In this document: piece by piece, positions 29,678-38,932 of the stretch
Position numbering within the stretch: the stretch's first letter is position 1
How the letters are laid out: every line of letters starts with the position of its first letter
Origin: Ostreococcus lucimarinus
Lineage: Eukaryota
Assembly (NCBI GenBank): GCA_000092065.1
Contig: CP000583.1
Reading direction: 5' to 3' (one strand)
DNA length: 64,000 bases
Position numbers and translations under genes: made by a program
The notes under the pieces: model-generated
The model's input: only the letters and a program-made list of their open reading frames with translations
What the model was told of the DNA's origin: nothing
Databases searched by the model: none

Positions 29678-30868
29678 CTAAGGTTTGTTTTGCCGACGCT
29701 GCGCGGTGCGCATTTCGGCCCATTTAGGTGCTTTAGGGGCTTGTTTCATTTTTGTCGTCTCCGAATGACGCTTGAAATCGCCCTTTGGGGCGTTCGCGGG
29801 CGCTTCCATGTTTGGCGCCGTTTTGTACATTTCCAAGAGCTTGCGCTTGACGTCGTCGTCTCTCACACCGACGTTGCTCATCTTTTTTGAACTGTTCCAT
29901 CGCGCTGCGATGGCCATCTCTTGGAGTATTTCTTTTTCTCCCTGACTCGCCTTACGAAGCTCCTCCACGAAGGCTTTGGCGGTGACGACGTACGCCCCCG
30001 TCCCTCTCGCGATCGAGCTCAACGCGTTATCCGAAGTCGCCACGTACACCACTCGATTGGACTTTTTATCGGCTCCAATCTCTTGCGCGACGCGCGCCTC
30101 TATCCACGAGTCCGCGTCGTTCTTCACGCTGTACACCGTCATGAATCCATCGACGTCGAGATCACCCTCGATCTCGTCCTCGTCTTTATCCCGGTTTCGA
30201 TCGGCGTCCCACACCAACGCCACGGCGTACCCGCTAAAGCTCTTAAAATCCATCACCTCCTTCGTCAGCGCGACTCGCGCCGCGTCCATGTCCCCTCGTC
30301 TAAACGCCGCATTCGCCTCCTCGACCCCATCCGCGCCCTCTAATCCGCACACGTTATACCCATCCACGAGCAACAACGGCGGCTCCCCGCCGCCGCTAAA
30401 TCGTTCCAGCTCGCTTCGCAGTCGCGCCTCGCGTTTCTTCTCCGCCCTTCGTCGCGCCAGCTCCGCCTCGTACGTTCGATCCCGCGTTCCATCCGCGCCT
30501 TTTCGTCTCCCTCCCTCGATCGGTTTCGCGCTCGTCCCGCTCGTCCCTCGCCCCGCGTTTGCCCTCGCGTTCGCGTTCGATCCGTCGCCGCCGCTCAGCG
30601 ACTTGAACCGCTCCACGAGCTTGATTTGCGTCGCGACGCTCATCCCGTTCGTCCGCTTCGTGATCCTCGGCGGCGGCGTCGACGACGCGTCCCTCGCGCC
30701 TCGATCGTCGCCCTCGCGTCGCTTGCCCTTGCTCGCGCGCGCCGCGACGTCGCCGCGTCGTCGCCGCGTCGACCTCGACGTCGACGTCCCGCTCGTCGTC
30801 ATCGCGCGCGCGACGCCCGCGCGCGACGCGCGCGACGCGCTCGACGGCGCGAAGACGTCGAGCGACAT
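29678..30868 (-). CDS. NYN/YacP-like (PIN-fold) ribonuclease domain protein
   Basis: ...PLLLVDGYNVCGLEG...ALVWDAD...FMTVYSVKNDADSWIEARV...VVYVATSDNALSSIARGTGAYVVTAKAFVEELR matches the YacP-like NYN domain. The start is set at the ATG at 30868 (MSLDVF...). The 139-aa Arg-rich extension up to 31285 overlaps the divergent carrier gene and is rejected. Confidence 0.65.
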   Translation of the reverse strand: MSLDVFAPSSASRASRAGVARAMTTSGTSTSRSTRRRRGDVAARASKGKRREGDDRGARDASSTPPPRITKRTNGMSVATQIKLVERFKSLSGGDGSNANARANAGRGTSGTSAKPIEGGRRKGADGTRDRTYEAELARRRAEKKREARLRSELERFSGGGEPPLLLVDGYNVCGLEGADGVEEANAAFRRGDMDAARVALTKEVMDFKSFSGYAVALVWDADRNRDKDEDEIEGDLDVDGFMTVYSVKNDADSWIEARVAQEIGADKKSNRVVYVATSDNALSSIARGTGAYVVTAKAFVEELRKASQGEKEILQEMAIAARWNSSKKMSNVGVRDDDVKRKLLEMYKTAPNMEAPANAPKGDFKRHSETTKMKQAPKAPKWAEMRTAQRRQNKP

Positions 30869-30955
30869 CTCGCGCGTCGCTCGACGGCGCGTCGGCGCGC
30901 GGTCGCGCGAGCGAGGGCGCGAACGTCTGGCGCCGGCCGCACACGCGCGCGCGTC
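30869..30955. promoter_or_regulatory. 87-bp divergent promoter between the NYN gene (minus) and the mitochondrial carrier gene (plus)
   Basis: Head-to-head ATGs at 30868 and 30956. Confidence 0.4.
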
Positions 30956-31089
30956 ATGACGACGCCGACGGCGACGACGACGACGGCGGCGACGCGCGCG
31001 AGCGCGAGCGCGAGGTCGAGCGACGCGCCGAGTTTGACGTTCGCCGCGATCGCGCGGAGCCTGATCGCGGGCGGCGTCGCGGGGGGAGT
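30956..31089 (+). CDS. Mitochondrial carrier family (SLC25) protein exon 1
   Basis: MTTPTATTTTAATRASASARSSDAPSLTFAAIARSLIAGGVAGG(V). The first carrier helix ends in the canonical LIAGGVAGGVS. Donor GTGTGCGTG at 31090. Confidence 0.7.
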
Positions 31090-31239
31090 GTGCGTGCGAG
31101 CGATCGCGAGGCGGCTCGACGGCGGCTCGACGGGACGCATCTTGCTCGAAGACGCCGCGCGCGACGCGCGCGAGCGCGCGCGCGGCGTCCGCGAGGACGG
31201 TGAACGGCGCGACTGACGCGCGCGCGATCGCGAACGCAG

Positions 31240-31288
31240 GTCTCGAACGGCGGTGGCGCCGTTGGAGCGGTTGAAGATTTTGCAACAG
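31240..31288 (+). CDS. Mitochondrial carrier family protein exon 2 (49 nt)
   Basis: Acceptor aacgCAG after CGCGACTGACGCG. Encodes (V)SRTAVAPLERLKILQQ, the PLERLKIL carrier signature. Donor GTGCGCG at 31289. Confidence 0.7.
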
Positions 31289-31404
31289 GTGCGCGAGAGA
31301 CGCGAGACGCGAGACGACGACGACGACGAGGGATTTTCGACGCGACGCGACGCGCGAGCGCGACGAGGGACTGACGGTGCGCGCGCGCGCGCGATGAATC
31401 GTAG

Positions 31405-32244
31405 GTTTCGTCGAGTTCGGCGTATAATGGGGTGTATTCGGGGCTGTCGCACATGTGGAAGACGGAGGGCGTGAAAGGTTTGTTCAAAGGAAACGGCGCG
31501 AACTGCGTGAGAATCGTGCCGAATAGCGCGGTGAAGTTCTTTTGTTACGAACACATGGCCCACGGGTTGTTGGATTTGAGGCGAACGTTCGATAAAGACG
31601 CGGAGATGGATGTGTTGACGCGCTTGGGGGGGGGCGCCGGGGCGGGCATCGTCGCCATGTCGGCGACGTACCCTCTGGATATGATTCGAGGGCGATTGAC
31701 GGTGCAAAAGTCTGCGGCGGACGCCGCGAAGAGTGGGGGGGCAAATTATCGAGGTATTTATCACGCGTTTACGGTTATCGCGCAAAAGGAGGGTTTCGGG
31801 GCGTTCTACAAGGGATGGACGCCATCCGTCATCGGCGTAATCCCGTACGTGGGCTTAAACTTTGCCATTTACGAGACGCTCAAGGACCAGACGGTGAAGA
31901 TGCAAGGGTTGCGATCAGCGTCTGATTTGAGCGTTTTCGCGGGATTAGTCTGTGGGGGTGTCGCGGGTGCGGTCGGTCAAACCGTGGCCTATCCTTTCGA
32001 CGTCTGTCGACGTCGTTTACAAGTCTCCGGCTGGGTCCAAGCCGGCGTCCAAGCCGGCGGTCCCGTGTACACGGGCATGTTCGACTGTTTCCGTCGTACC
32101 GTCGCCGAGGAGGGCGTCTCCGCCCTGTTCCACGGTCTCAGCGCCAACTACATCAAAATCATGCCCTCGATCGCCATCGCCTTCGTCGTCTACGATCAAC
32201 TCAAGATCATTCTCAAGCCGGAAATCAAAATCTCCGCGGGCTGA
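31405..32244 (+). CDS. Mitochondrial carrier family protein exon 3 (to stop)
   Basis: Acceptor tcgTAG after GGGACTGACGG. Encodes VSSSSAYNGVYSGLSHMWKTEGVKGLFKGNGANCVRIVPNSAVKFFCYE... through repeats 2 and 3 (PLDMIRGRL, PFDVCRRRLQV). Total 340 aa. CoA/adenine-nucleotide carrier-like. Coordinates near here are uncertain by +/-1. Confidence 0.75.
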   Translation, partial: VSSSSAYNGVYSGLSHMWKTEGVKGLFKGNGANCVRIVPNSAVKFFCYEHMAHGLLDLRRTFDKDAEMDVLTRLGGGAGAGIVAMSATYPLDMIRGRLTVQKSAADAAKSGGANYRGIYHAFTVIAQKEGFGAFYKGWTPSVIGVIPYVGLNFAIYETLKDQTVKMQGLRSASDLSVFAGLVCGGVAGAVGQTVAYPFDVCRRRLQVSGWVQAGVQAGGPVYTGMFDCFRRTVAEEGVSALFHGLSANYIKIMPSIAIAFVVYDQLKIILKPEIKISAG

Positions 32245-32498
32245 GCGTCGACGCGACGGTCGCCGTCGCCGCCGTTCTGTTCGCCTCGACGCGTTTCGCC
32301 CTCGCCTCGTCGCCCCTCGTCGCGCGACGGCGCGGCGCGCATCGCATCTATTTAATTTTCGAGATTCTCGACATCCTAGCCATCGCGCTCGCGTCCTCGC
32401 GTCCTCGATCCCCGCTCGGCTCGCGTCCCGCTCGGCGTCTCGCCGAAAAGCGAAAAGTCGCGTCATTCCCCCGCGATCCGATCCATTCGTCATCCGTC

Positions 32499-32567
32499 AT
32501 GTCCAACCCCGTGTGCTACTTCGACATCGAGATCGGCGGCCAGCCCGCGGGTCGCATCGAGATGACC
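32499..32567 (+). CDS. CYP: Cyclophilin-type peptidyl-prolyl cis-trans isomerase exon 1
   Basis: ATG TCC AAC CCC GTG TGC TAC TTC GAC ATC GAG ATC GGC GGC CAG CCC GCG GGT CGC ATC GAG ATG ACC encodes MSNPVCYFDIEIGGQPAGRIEMT, the cyclophilin A N-terminus. Donor GTGCGT. Confidence 0.8.
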
Positions 32568-32717
32568 GTGCGTCTTCGCTCGCGCGCGCGCGAACGCGAC
32601 GCGCGCCCGACGCGCGCGACGTTCGATCGCATCGCCGCCGATCGCCGCCGCGCGGAGATTATTAGATTGCTTCCGGAACGACGATGACTGACGAATCGCG
32701 CGCCTTCGTCGTCGTAG

Positions 32718-32748
32718 GTTCGCGCGGACGTCGTGCCGAAGACCGCGG
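32718..32748 (+). CDS. CYP: Cyclophilin exon 2 (31 nt)
   Basis: Acceptor tcgTAG after GATGACTGACGAA. Encodes VRADVVPKTA(E), matching plant cyclophilin L(F/Y)ADVVPKTAE. Donor GTGCGTG. Confidence 0.75.
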
Positions 32749-32904
32749 GTGCGTGCGCGCGAGCGGCGGCGCGAATGATGCGCGCGCGCGGGTGATGATC
32801 GATCGGGATGAGCGCGGCGCGTAATCCGATCGGTTGACTCGGCGGCGACGGGACGGCGACGAACGAACGAACGGAGACTGACGATGGGTTTCTCGCGCGA
32901 TAGA

Positions 32905-33298
32905 AAACTTCCGAGCGCTGTGCACGGGTGAAAAGGGCTTCGGCTACGAGGGCTCGAGCTTCCACCGCGTGATCCCGGGGTTCATGTGCCAAGGCGGCGA
33001 CTTCACGAACCACAACGGCACGGGCGGCAAGTCCATCTACGGCAACAAGTTTGAAGACGAAAACTTTGTCTTGAAGCACACCGGACCGGGCATCTTGTCC
33101 ATGGCGAACGCCGGCCCGAACACGAACGGCTCGCAGTTCTTCTTGTGCACGGCTGATACCGCTTGGTTGGACGGTAAGCACACCGTCTTCGGCGCCGTGA
33201 GCAAAGGCATGGACGTCGTCAAGGCGATCGAAGCCGTCGGCTCGCAATCCGGCGCGTGCTCCAAGAAGGTCACCATCGCCAAGTCCGGCGTCCTCTAA
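32905..33298 (+). CDS. CYP: Cyclophilin exon 3 (to stop)
   Basis: Acceptor cgaTAG after GGAGACTGACGAT. Encodes (E)[79 protein letters not shown]...VTIAKSGVL*. Near-identical in motif content to eukaryotic cyclophilin A. Confidence 0.85.
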
Positions 33299-33422
33299 GG
33301 GCGACGCGCGTCTGCGTTACGTAAACCTGCCTTGATACGACGAGTTGATCCACGAGCGATGAATCGTTATTACTACTTTACAATAAAATGACGAAGCCTA
33401 CAATCGCCACCGCGCGTCGCCT

Positions 33423-33962
33423 TCAACCGTTCCGCTTCTCCACGGTCTCCCACCCGCGCAACGCGACGAGCGAACTCAAATTCACCACCTGCGCCGCGAC
33501 GATCGGCGCCGGTATCTCCGCGGGCGCGATGACGTTCGGAAAGTCTATTCCGAGGACGATTTCCGTGCTCGCGATCACGACGACGCCGACGTCGCCTACG
33601 AAGGACGCCGTCGCCAAGCCGAACGCCGCCGCCGGGCCGCCGAGCGCCCAGAGCAACGTCAGCGCGCGCACGGGCGCGTCGAGGGCGTCGAACGACGCGA
33701 CGCCGCAGGCCGAGGATATCGGTCCCGCGCCGAAGCAGTCGGGGAGGTGCAGAAGACCGCCGGCGAGGAAGAGCGGCGCGAGGACGGCGCGGTAGCGCGA
33801 CAACCCATCGGTCGCATCGCGCGGGACGAGGGAGAAAGACGCTTCTCCCTCGTCGCTCGCGCGCGCGCGCGCGACGAGCGAGCGCGACTGCGCGCGAGCG
33901 ATCGGCGAGCGACGGGCGACGCGCGCGTGGCCGCGCGAGACGCCCGTCGCGGTCGCGAGCAT
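33423..33962 (-). CDS. Hypothetical small organelle-targeted membrane protein
   Basis: The ATG at about 33962 gives MLATATGVSRGHARVARRSPIARAQSRSLVARARA, which is transit-peptide-like. It is followed by 2-3 hydrophobic segments (LAPLFLAGGLL..., LLWALGGPAAAFGLATASFVG..., VVVIASTEIVLGI). TGTAA is present on the minus strand at 33385-33389. No family assigned. Confidence 0.3.
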   Translation of the reverse strand: MLATATGVSRGHARVARRSPIARAQSRSLVARARASDEGEASFSLVPRDATDGLSRYRAVLAPLFLAGGLLHLPDCFGAGPISSACGVASFDALDAPVRALTLLWALGGPAAAFGLATASFVGDVGVVVIASTEIVLGIDFPNVIAPAEIPAPIVAAQVVNLSSLVALRGWETVEKRNG

Positions 33963-34039
33963 CGCGCGCGAGAGACGCGCTGTGAAGGCAGAGGGCACGA
34001 CGCGGCGCGCGCGATTAAATGATTTTGTTACACGGAGAT

Positions 34040-35481
34040 TTAACGAATCCACGGCGACGCCAGGCCGAACGGGCTCAGGGTGTCCATAATTTGCTTGTTC
34101 AGCGCGCGGCCGAGCACGACTTGGGCTTCGTCGGGGCGAATCGGAATGACGGGATGGCTGGCGCCGCCGGAAACGCCCGCGCCGGAGACGACGCATCTGC
34201 GTAAAAGAGAATTTCCAGCCTCTAAACCGCTGACGTAGGCGCGCTCTTGGCACAAGCCCTTAGCGCCGTGCTCTCTGTCGCCCATGCGCACCCAATCTCC
34301 CGCGCATACGATGTTTGAAATGGACGTTTCGAGCGGCGGTCTTTTCGAATACGAGCCTGGAGAGAACCAGGAAACCGCTCCCGGGTACCTTCGCACTTCA
34401 AAGTCGACAGCTTTGACGCCCTTGAATCCCGGTACGGCGGCCGGAAGGAGCTCGTCCGTTAATAGTTTTACGATATCATCATCGCTCAAGCACGCGATGG
34501 CGCCGCCGTTGTAGAAATCGGCGGCGATGACGCTTCCTTTTGGCTCTTCGCCACCCCACAATTCAACTTCCGAGTCTTTTTGCAACTGGTCCAACATGAA
34601 GAAAGTACCCCCGGCGCCACGAAGGGCTTCAAATCTACTGAATACATTCGCTGGATGCTGCACGTCCACGTACTGATCCAACCAGATTCGCGTCGCCACG
34701 ACGTCAATGCCGCCGAGCGACGCTGCGGCGCTAAACTCTGGCGCCATGCGAGCCAAGACGGGAGAGTTGGACACCACGCTCTTCATGCCCTTTGCGCCGA
34801 GCGCGAAGACCACCGCATCAACGTCTTTGATCACGCCTGCTTTCCCGCCGTCCTTTTTCAGGTAGTGCACCGCCGTCGCCTTTTTTGTCGCCTCGTCCAC
34901 TTCAACTTTGCTGACAAACGTCGAGCCCATGACTTTCAATCCGTATTCGCTCTGCAGGCGAGCCATCGTGGGCCCGACGATGACTTCGGCTATACTCTTC
35001 GTCTTGATCCAGCGCACGTCGAACGAGTCTTGGTGCGCCAACGCGTAGTAATACAACAATTCCATCACGACAGCCGCCGAAAGCTCCTCTGGTGGCTTGA
35101 ACAACCCGACGAGCAACGTCGGGCGAATGAAATCGTCCACCAGTCGCTTACTCAATCCCATGCGAATGAACAGCTCGTGCGCAGTGAGCCTATCGTACGC
35201 CTCAAACGTCTTCTCATCGCGATTCAAATCCAACATCGCGTACAGCAAGCCGACCATCGTCACCCTATCGCTCAGAGGCAGTCGTTTAAAGTTATCGAAA
35301 GTCGCAAACACCTGTCCGAGAGGGCTCGGGAGCGCCATCGAATCCCCAAACACCGGCGCCGTCGCCTCCAACCCGTCCGGCGACCAAAACGAACTCGGCG
35401 TGAATTCTGTGAACGCATCCTTTTCGTCGATGTTCATCTCTCGACACAGATCGGAGATATTAGGATAATCTTTCCAAAACC
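34040..35481 (-). CDS. Amine oxidase / carotenoid desaturase-like exon 2 (to stop)
   Basis: Minus-strand intron 35482-35584 with branch GACGACTGACGATG and acceptor TTCAG. The exon encodes (G)FWKDYPNISDLCREMNIDE... (compare PDS FFGAYPNVQNLFGELGI) through ...NIVCAGDWVRMGDREHGAKGLCQERAYVSGLEAGNSLL, the C-terminal FAD-contact motif of the PDS/ZDS/amine-oxidase family. Total 605 aa. Confidence 0.75.
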
Positions 35482-35584
35482 CTGAATCATCGCACAAAGT
35501 TTCGTTTCATCGTCAGTCGTCGCGCTCTCTCGCGCACGCGAGCGACGCGCGTCGTCGTTCTTTTCGTCGTCATTCTACACGCAC

Positions 35585-35960
35585 CGCGTGTTCCCGCCTC
35601 GAACGGTTTCCCGCTCTTCGTCAGCGTCGGCGTCGCGCCCGTGGGGTCGTCTTGCACGTCGACGAGCGTCACGTCCGCCCCGGCTTCGCACAGCGATTTC
35701 GCGGCGCCGATGCCGCCCCAGCCGGCACCGATGACGACGACTTTGGATATCGCATTCGCGCGCGCTGACGACGTCGCTGACGCCGCGACGCGCGTCGACG
35801 CGCGCGCACGAGGACGAGCGCGGTGTTTGGTCGCGACGTGCGCGCGCGCGCGCGCGCGCGAGGCCTGCGCGCCGAGCATATTCGCGCTCTGCGCGCCGAC
35901 GAGTGACGTCGGTCGGGCGGCTCGAGCGCAGCCGAGCCGAACGCGAATTCGATGAGTCAT
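35585..35960 (-). CDS. FAD-dependent amine oxidase / carotenoid desaturase-like (PDS/ZDS superfamily) exon 1 with plastid-type transit peptide
   Basis: ATG at 35960. MTHRIRVRLGCARAARPTSLV... is Arg/Ala/Ser-rich, followed by the dinucleotide-binding motif KVVVIGAGWGGIGAAKSLCEAGADVTLVD and ...KSGKPFEAGTRG. Donor GTGCGTGTAG on the minus strand at 35584. Confidence 0.7.
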
Positions 35961-36000
35961 CGGCGATGTGCTACTGGAGTGTTTTACAATAAAAGTACAA

Positions 36001-36687
36001 TCATCGCGCGCTCGCCAACGCGCCCTCTAACGTTTTCTTCGCCACGCTCTGCTGCGCAATGATTTCCTTGAGCGAGGCGACGAGCTTGTGCCGCTTGGCG
36101 GCGTGTCGCTCGAGCTCCGCCTCGACGACCGCGCGTCGCTCCTTTCGCTTTTTCTCGTTCTCCTTCAGCGCCACCGCGCGCTCCTCCCGCTCCATCTTGA
36201 TCGCTTTTTCGATGTCCTTCGCCTCTTCCTCGAGCTCCTCCTTCAACTGCAGCGCGCGGCGTTTGGCTCGTTCCGCCTCGGCGCGCGCCTCGCGCGTCTC
36301 CTCCGCGATCTCTCGATGTCTCGACGCTAATCTCGACGCCGCCGCCCGCGCTTTCGTCCCTCGCAGTTCGTGCTTAATGGCTTTTATCTCTTTCGCGATC
36401 GTCGTTTTACTGACGACGCGCGCGCGATCGGCCGCGTCGATCTCTCGAAGTCGGCGTTTCAAGAGCGCCGTCTTGAATCCTTCGAGCGACATCGTCGGCG
36501 TCGGTGGCTCGTGCGAGGCGTTGATGTAGCGAGGACGAAGGAAATCGGGTTCTTCGCGCGCGGGCATGGCGGCGATCGATGCCTTGAGCTCGGCGGGGGT
36601 GAGCTCGCGATCCATTTGAGAATTGTCGCGGCGCGCCCTAGTGTGCGGGGCGAAGGCGCGAGCGAGCGAAACGAATGCTTGCGTCAT
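36001..36687 (-). CDS. Coiled-coil protein of unknown function
   Basis: 228-aa ORF from an ATG. The C-terminal 130 aa form a continuous heptad-like E/K/R/A-rich coiled coil. Confidence 0.4.
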   Translation of the reverse strand: MTQAFVSLARAFAPHTRARRDNSQMDRELTPAELKASIAAMPAREEPDFLRPRYINASHEPPTPTMSLEGFKTALLKRRLREIDAADRARVVSKTTIAKEIKAIKHELRGTKARAAASRLASRHREIAEETREARAEAERAKRRALQLKEELEEEAKDIEKAIKMEREERAVALKENEKKRKERRAVVEAELERHAAKRHKLVASLKEIIAQQSVAKKTLEGALASAR

Positions 36688-36724
36688 GATTACAGCGGGG
36701 GAGGGAACGAGCGCGATGGATTAA

Positions 36725-37519
36725 TTAAGCGGTGGTGGAAGTGAAATCAGCGAACGAGCGCTCGCGCATCTCGGGACATCCCGTGGGGGCGATTAAACCG
36801 CGCTCCAACGCGTTGGCCTTGACGCCGCGCGTGTACGCGACGGGGAATTTGTAGCCGAGACCGTCGTGGAATTGGTGGTAAACTTCGGCGGGGTAAAACG
36901 GTAGCTTGGCGCTGTCGTAAATCCACACGCTGTTGATGACGTCCGTTTCCGTGGGCTTGGCCTTGGGCGCCATGACGTTGCCCGAACCCGGAACGAGCTT
37001 CATGCCGTGCACGTTTGCCTCCTCGATCACCTTGAACAACGGCGAATCGATCCCACCCGGAAGCGCGATGCAGTTTCTATACCCTGGACCTGCGTCTTGA
37101 GGGTCCACGCGCTGCATTCCGAGTCCGGGAATCTTTTGGAAGCTCGCGAAATACGCGTCCGCGAGCGGCTTTAACTCGCTCGCGTTCGCCGCGTCCACGG
37201 CGACGACTTCGGCGTGACCCAATCGTTCGTACACCGTGTCCGCCGCGCCGTAATAGTAGCACACCGGTTTATCACCCTCTCTGACGCTCGCACCACCGCC
37301 GTATCCCACGACGGAGGTGATCGTGTCGTCCGTTCGCCCCAGCGAGAGCTCGGCTTCGTAAAACGTGTGTTGTCGTCCCCAAAAGCACCCGTTCCCAAAG
37401 TAGATATCGCGCGCGCGAAGCGATTCCGCCGTCGGTCCCGCGGCGGGCGCCGCGAGCGCGCCCTTCGGCGCCGTTCCGACGAGCGCGCCGAGCGCGAGCG
37501 CGCACGTAGACGCGAGCAT
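36725..37519 (-). CDS. MSRA: Peptide methionine sulfoxide reductase A (MsrA) with N-terminal signal peptide
   Basis: The catalytic motif GNGCFWGRQHTF and a conserved distal YHQFH-type motif are present. The ATG at 37519 gives MLASTCALALGALVGTAPKGALAAPAAG, a cleavable signal. The ATG at about 37705 is an alternative start. Confidence 0.7.
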   Translation of the reverse strand: MLASTCALALGALVGTAPKGALAAPAAGPTAESLRARDIYFGNGCFWGRQHTFYEAELSLGRTDDTITSVVGYGGGASVREGDKPVCYYYGAADTVYERLGHAEVVAVDAANASELKPLADAYFASFQKIPGLGMQRVDPQDAGPGYRNCIALPGGIDSPLFKVIEEANVHGMKLVPGSGNVMAPKAKPTETDVINSVWIYDSAKLPFYPAEVYHQFHDGLGYKFPVAYTRGVKANALERGLIAPTGCPEMRERSFADFTSTTA

Positions 37520-37912
37520 CGACCGACGCTTGTGATGATGACGATGACGGTGCGCGTCGGCATCTTCATCGGTCGATGGCGTCGCCGACGCGACCGCGAC
37601 GACGCGACGGGCGACGGTTCTACCGCAAACGTTATCCGAGCGTTGGTTTCGCGCGGCGCGCGGCGCGCGCGGCGCGAGACGCGTCGTCGTCGCCGCCGCG
37701 AACATGTCGTTCGCCGGCTGGAGAGGTGCGTTGTGAAGGCCGAGGCGCGACCGCGACGAGCGAAAACGCGCGAGAGCGGGAAGTTCGATGCGATGGACGC
37801 TCTGATGAAACGTAAAATTCGTATTTTTCAACGCGTGCCTCTTAGACTTTTGCGGACGCGCGCGAAGCGATGCGCGACGACGCCGTCGTCGTCGTCGTCG
37901 TCGTCGTCGCGT

Positions 37913-38548
37913 TTAATACTTTCTGAAATTGAGACTCTCTCTCTCCGCCAGCATGGCGCGTCCGTACGCCTCGCAAAACTTCTTCTTCGCGTCCTCGCGA
38001 GACAACCCTTTGAGCTTGTTCCAAAAATCCCATCGCTCGCGATCGTCGTAGGCGATGCCACCGTGCGACGCCCACATGGGCTTTTCGCCGACGCAGTCGC
38101 CCTTCTCCGCCTGCTGCTTCGCCGCGTACAGCGCGTACCAATCATCCGGACGACACACCGCCCCTCCCGGCTTCGGCAGCATGCGCCACTTATGCACGTG
38201 TTCCTTATCCCAATTTTTCGCCAGCGTTTCGTACTCTTCCACCGCTGGACACTCCCACGTGACCTCCTCCTCCGTCTCTCGTCGTCGCTCCTCGACGAAC
38301 ACCTCGCCGCCGACGCTCGGCGCTTTCAATTCATTAAACGCGAACACCCGCTTAAAGTTCGACAGCGAGTTCACCGAGAACATTCGAAAGAATCCATCCA
38401 TATCCGCCCTTCGCGTGAGCGGCTTCGCGTCGTCGATCCCGGGCCGGACGAATCCCCGCGCCAGCGCCGTCTCCGCGACGTCCCGCGCCGTGACGTCCCT
38501 CACCAGGTGCCAACCTTTTCCAGAGCGCGCGAAATCGATCACCGCCAT
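37913..38548 (-). CDS. Acyl-CoA-binding domain (ACBP) containing protein
   Basis: The C-terminus ...YAAKQQAEKGDCVGEKPMWASHGGIAYDDRERWDFWNKLKGLSREDAKKKFCEAY fits the ACBP four-helix signature (...KAKWDAWN.LKG.SKEDA...). The N-terminal 120 aa are unassigned. Confidence 0.65.
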   Translation of the reverse strand: MAVIDFARSGKGWHLVRDVTARDVAETALARGFVRPGIDDAKPLTRRADMDGFFRMFSVNSLSNFKRVFAFNELKAPSVGGEVFVEERRRETEEEVTWECPAVEEYETLAKNWDKEHVHKWRMLPKPGGAVCRPDDWYALYAAKQQAEKGDCVGEKPMWASHGGIAYDDRERWDFWNKLKGLSREDAKKKFCEAYGRAMLAERESLNFRKY

Positions 38549-38770
38549 CGCGTCGCGCGTCCTCGGCGTCCGTCGTCGCGCGCCCTGCGCGTTTTAATTT
38601 TTTTTTCTCGTTTCACGTCGCGCGCGGCGTCGCGCGTCGTCGTGTGCGGCGCGCGTAACGCCCGCGAAACGTCCGTTCGGCGCCTCGAAATTCGTCAAAG
38701 ATTTGACATCGACTCGACGTCGCGTCGCGTCGACGCCCGCATCGCGCCGCGCGGCGATCGCGCGCGGCGC

Positions 38771-38892
38771 GATGGACGACGACGCGTTCGAAGGCGACGA
38801 CGCGCTCGAGTTCTGCGACGGGCGCGGCGCGCGGTACGCGCGCGCGTCGTACGGCGCGGGAACGCCGTCGTCGTCGCTCAACGGTCGAGGTC

Positions 38893-38932
<40 letters not shown>

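Noticed and set aside
32905-32970. Apparent 1-nt frameshift in cyclophilin exon 3 (GEKG-FGYEG region)
   Set aside because: By hand I count one T fewer than needed, but ORF-track coordinates on both strands imply the nucleotide is present. Most likely this is a reading or indexing slip of mine, since hand-derived coordinates in 31380-33000 wobble by +/-1. I do not call it a pseudogene.
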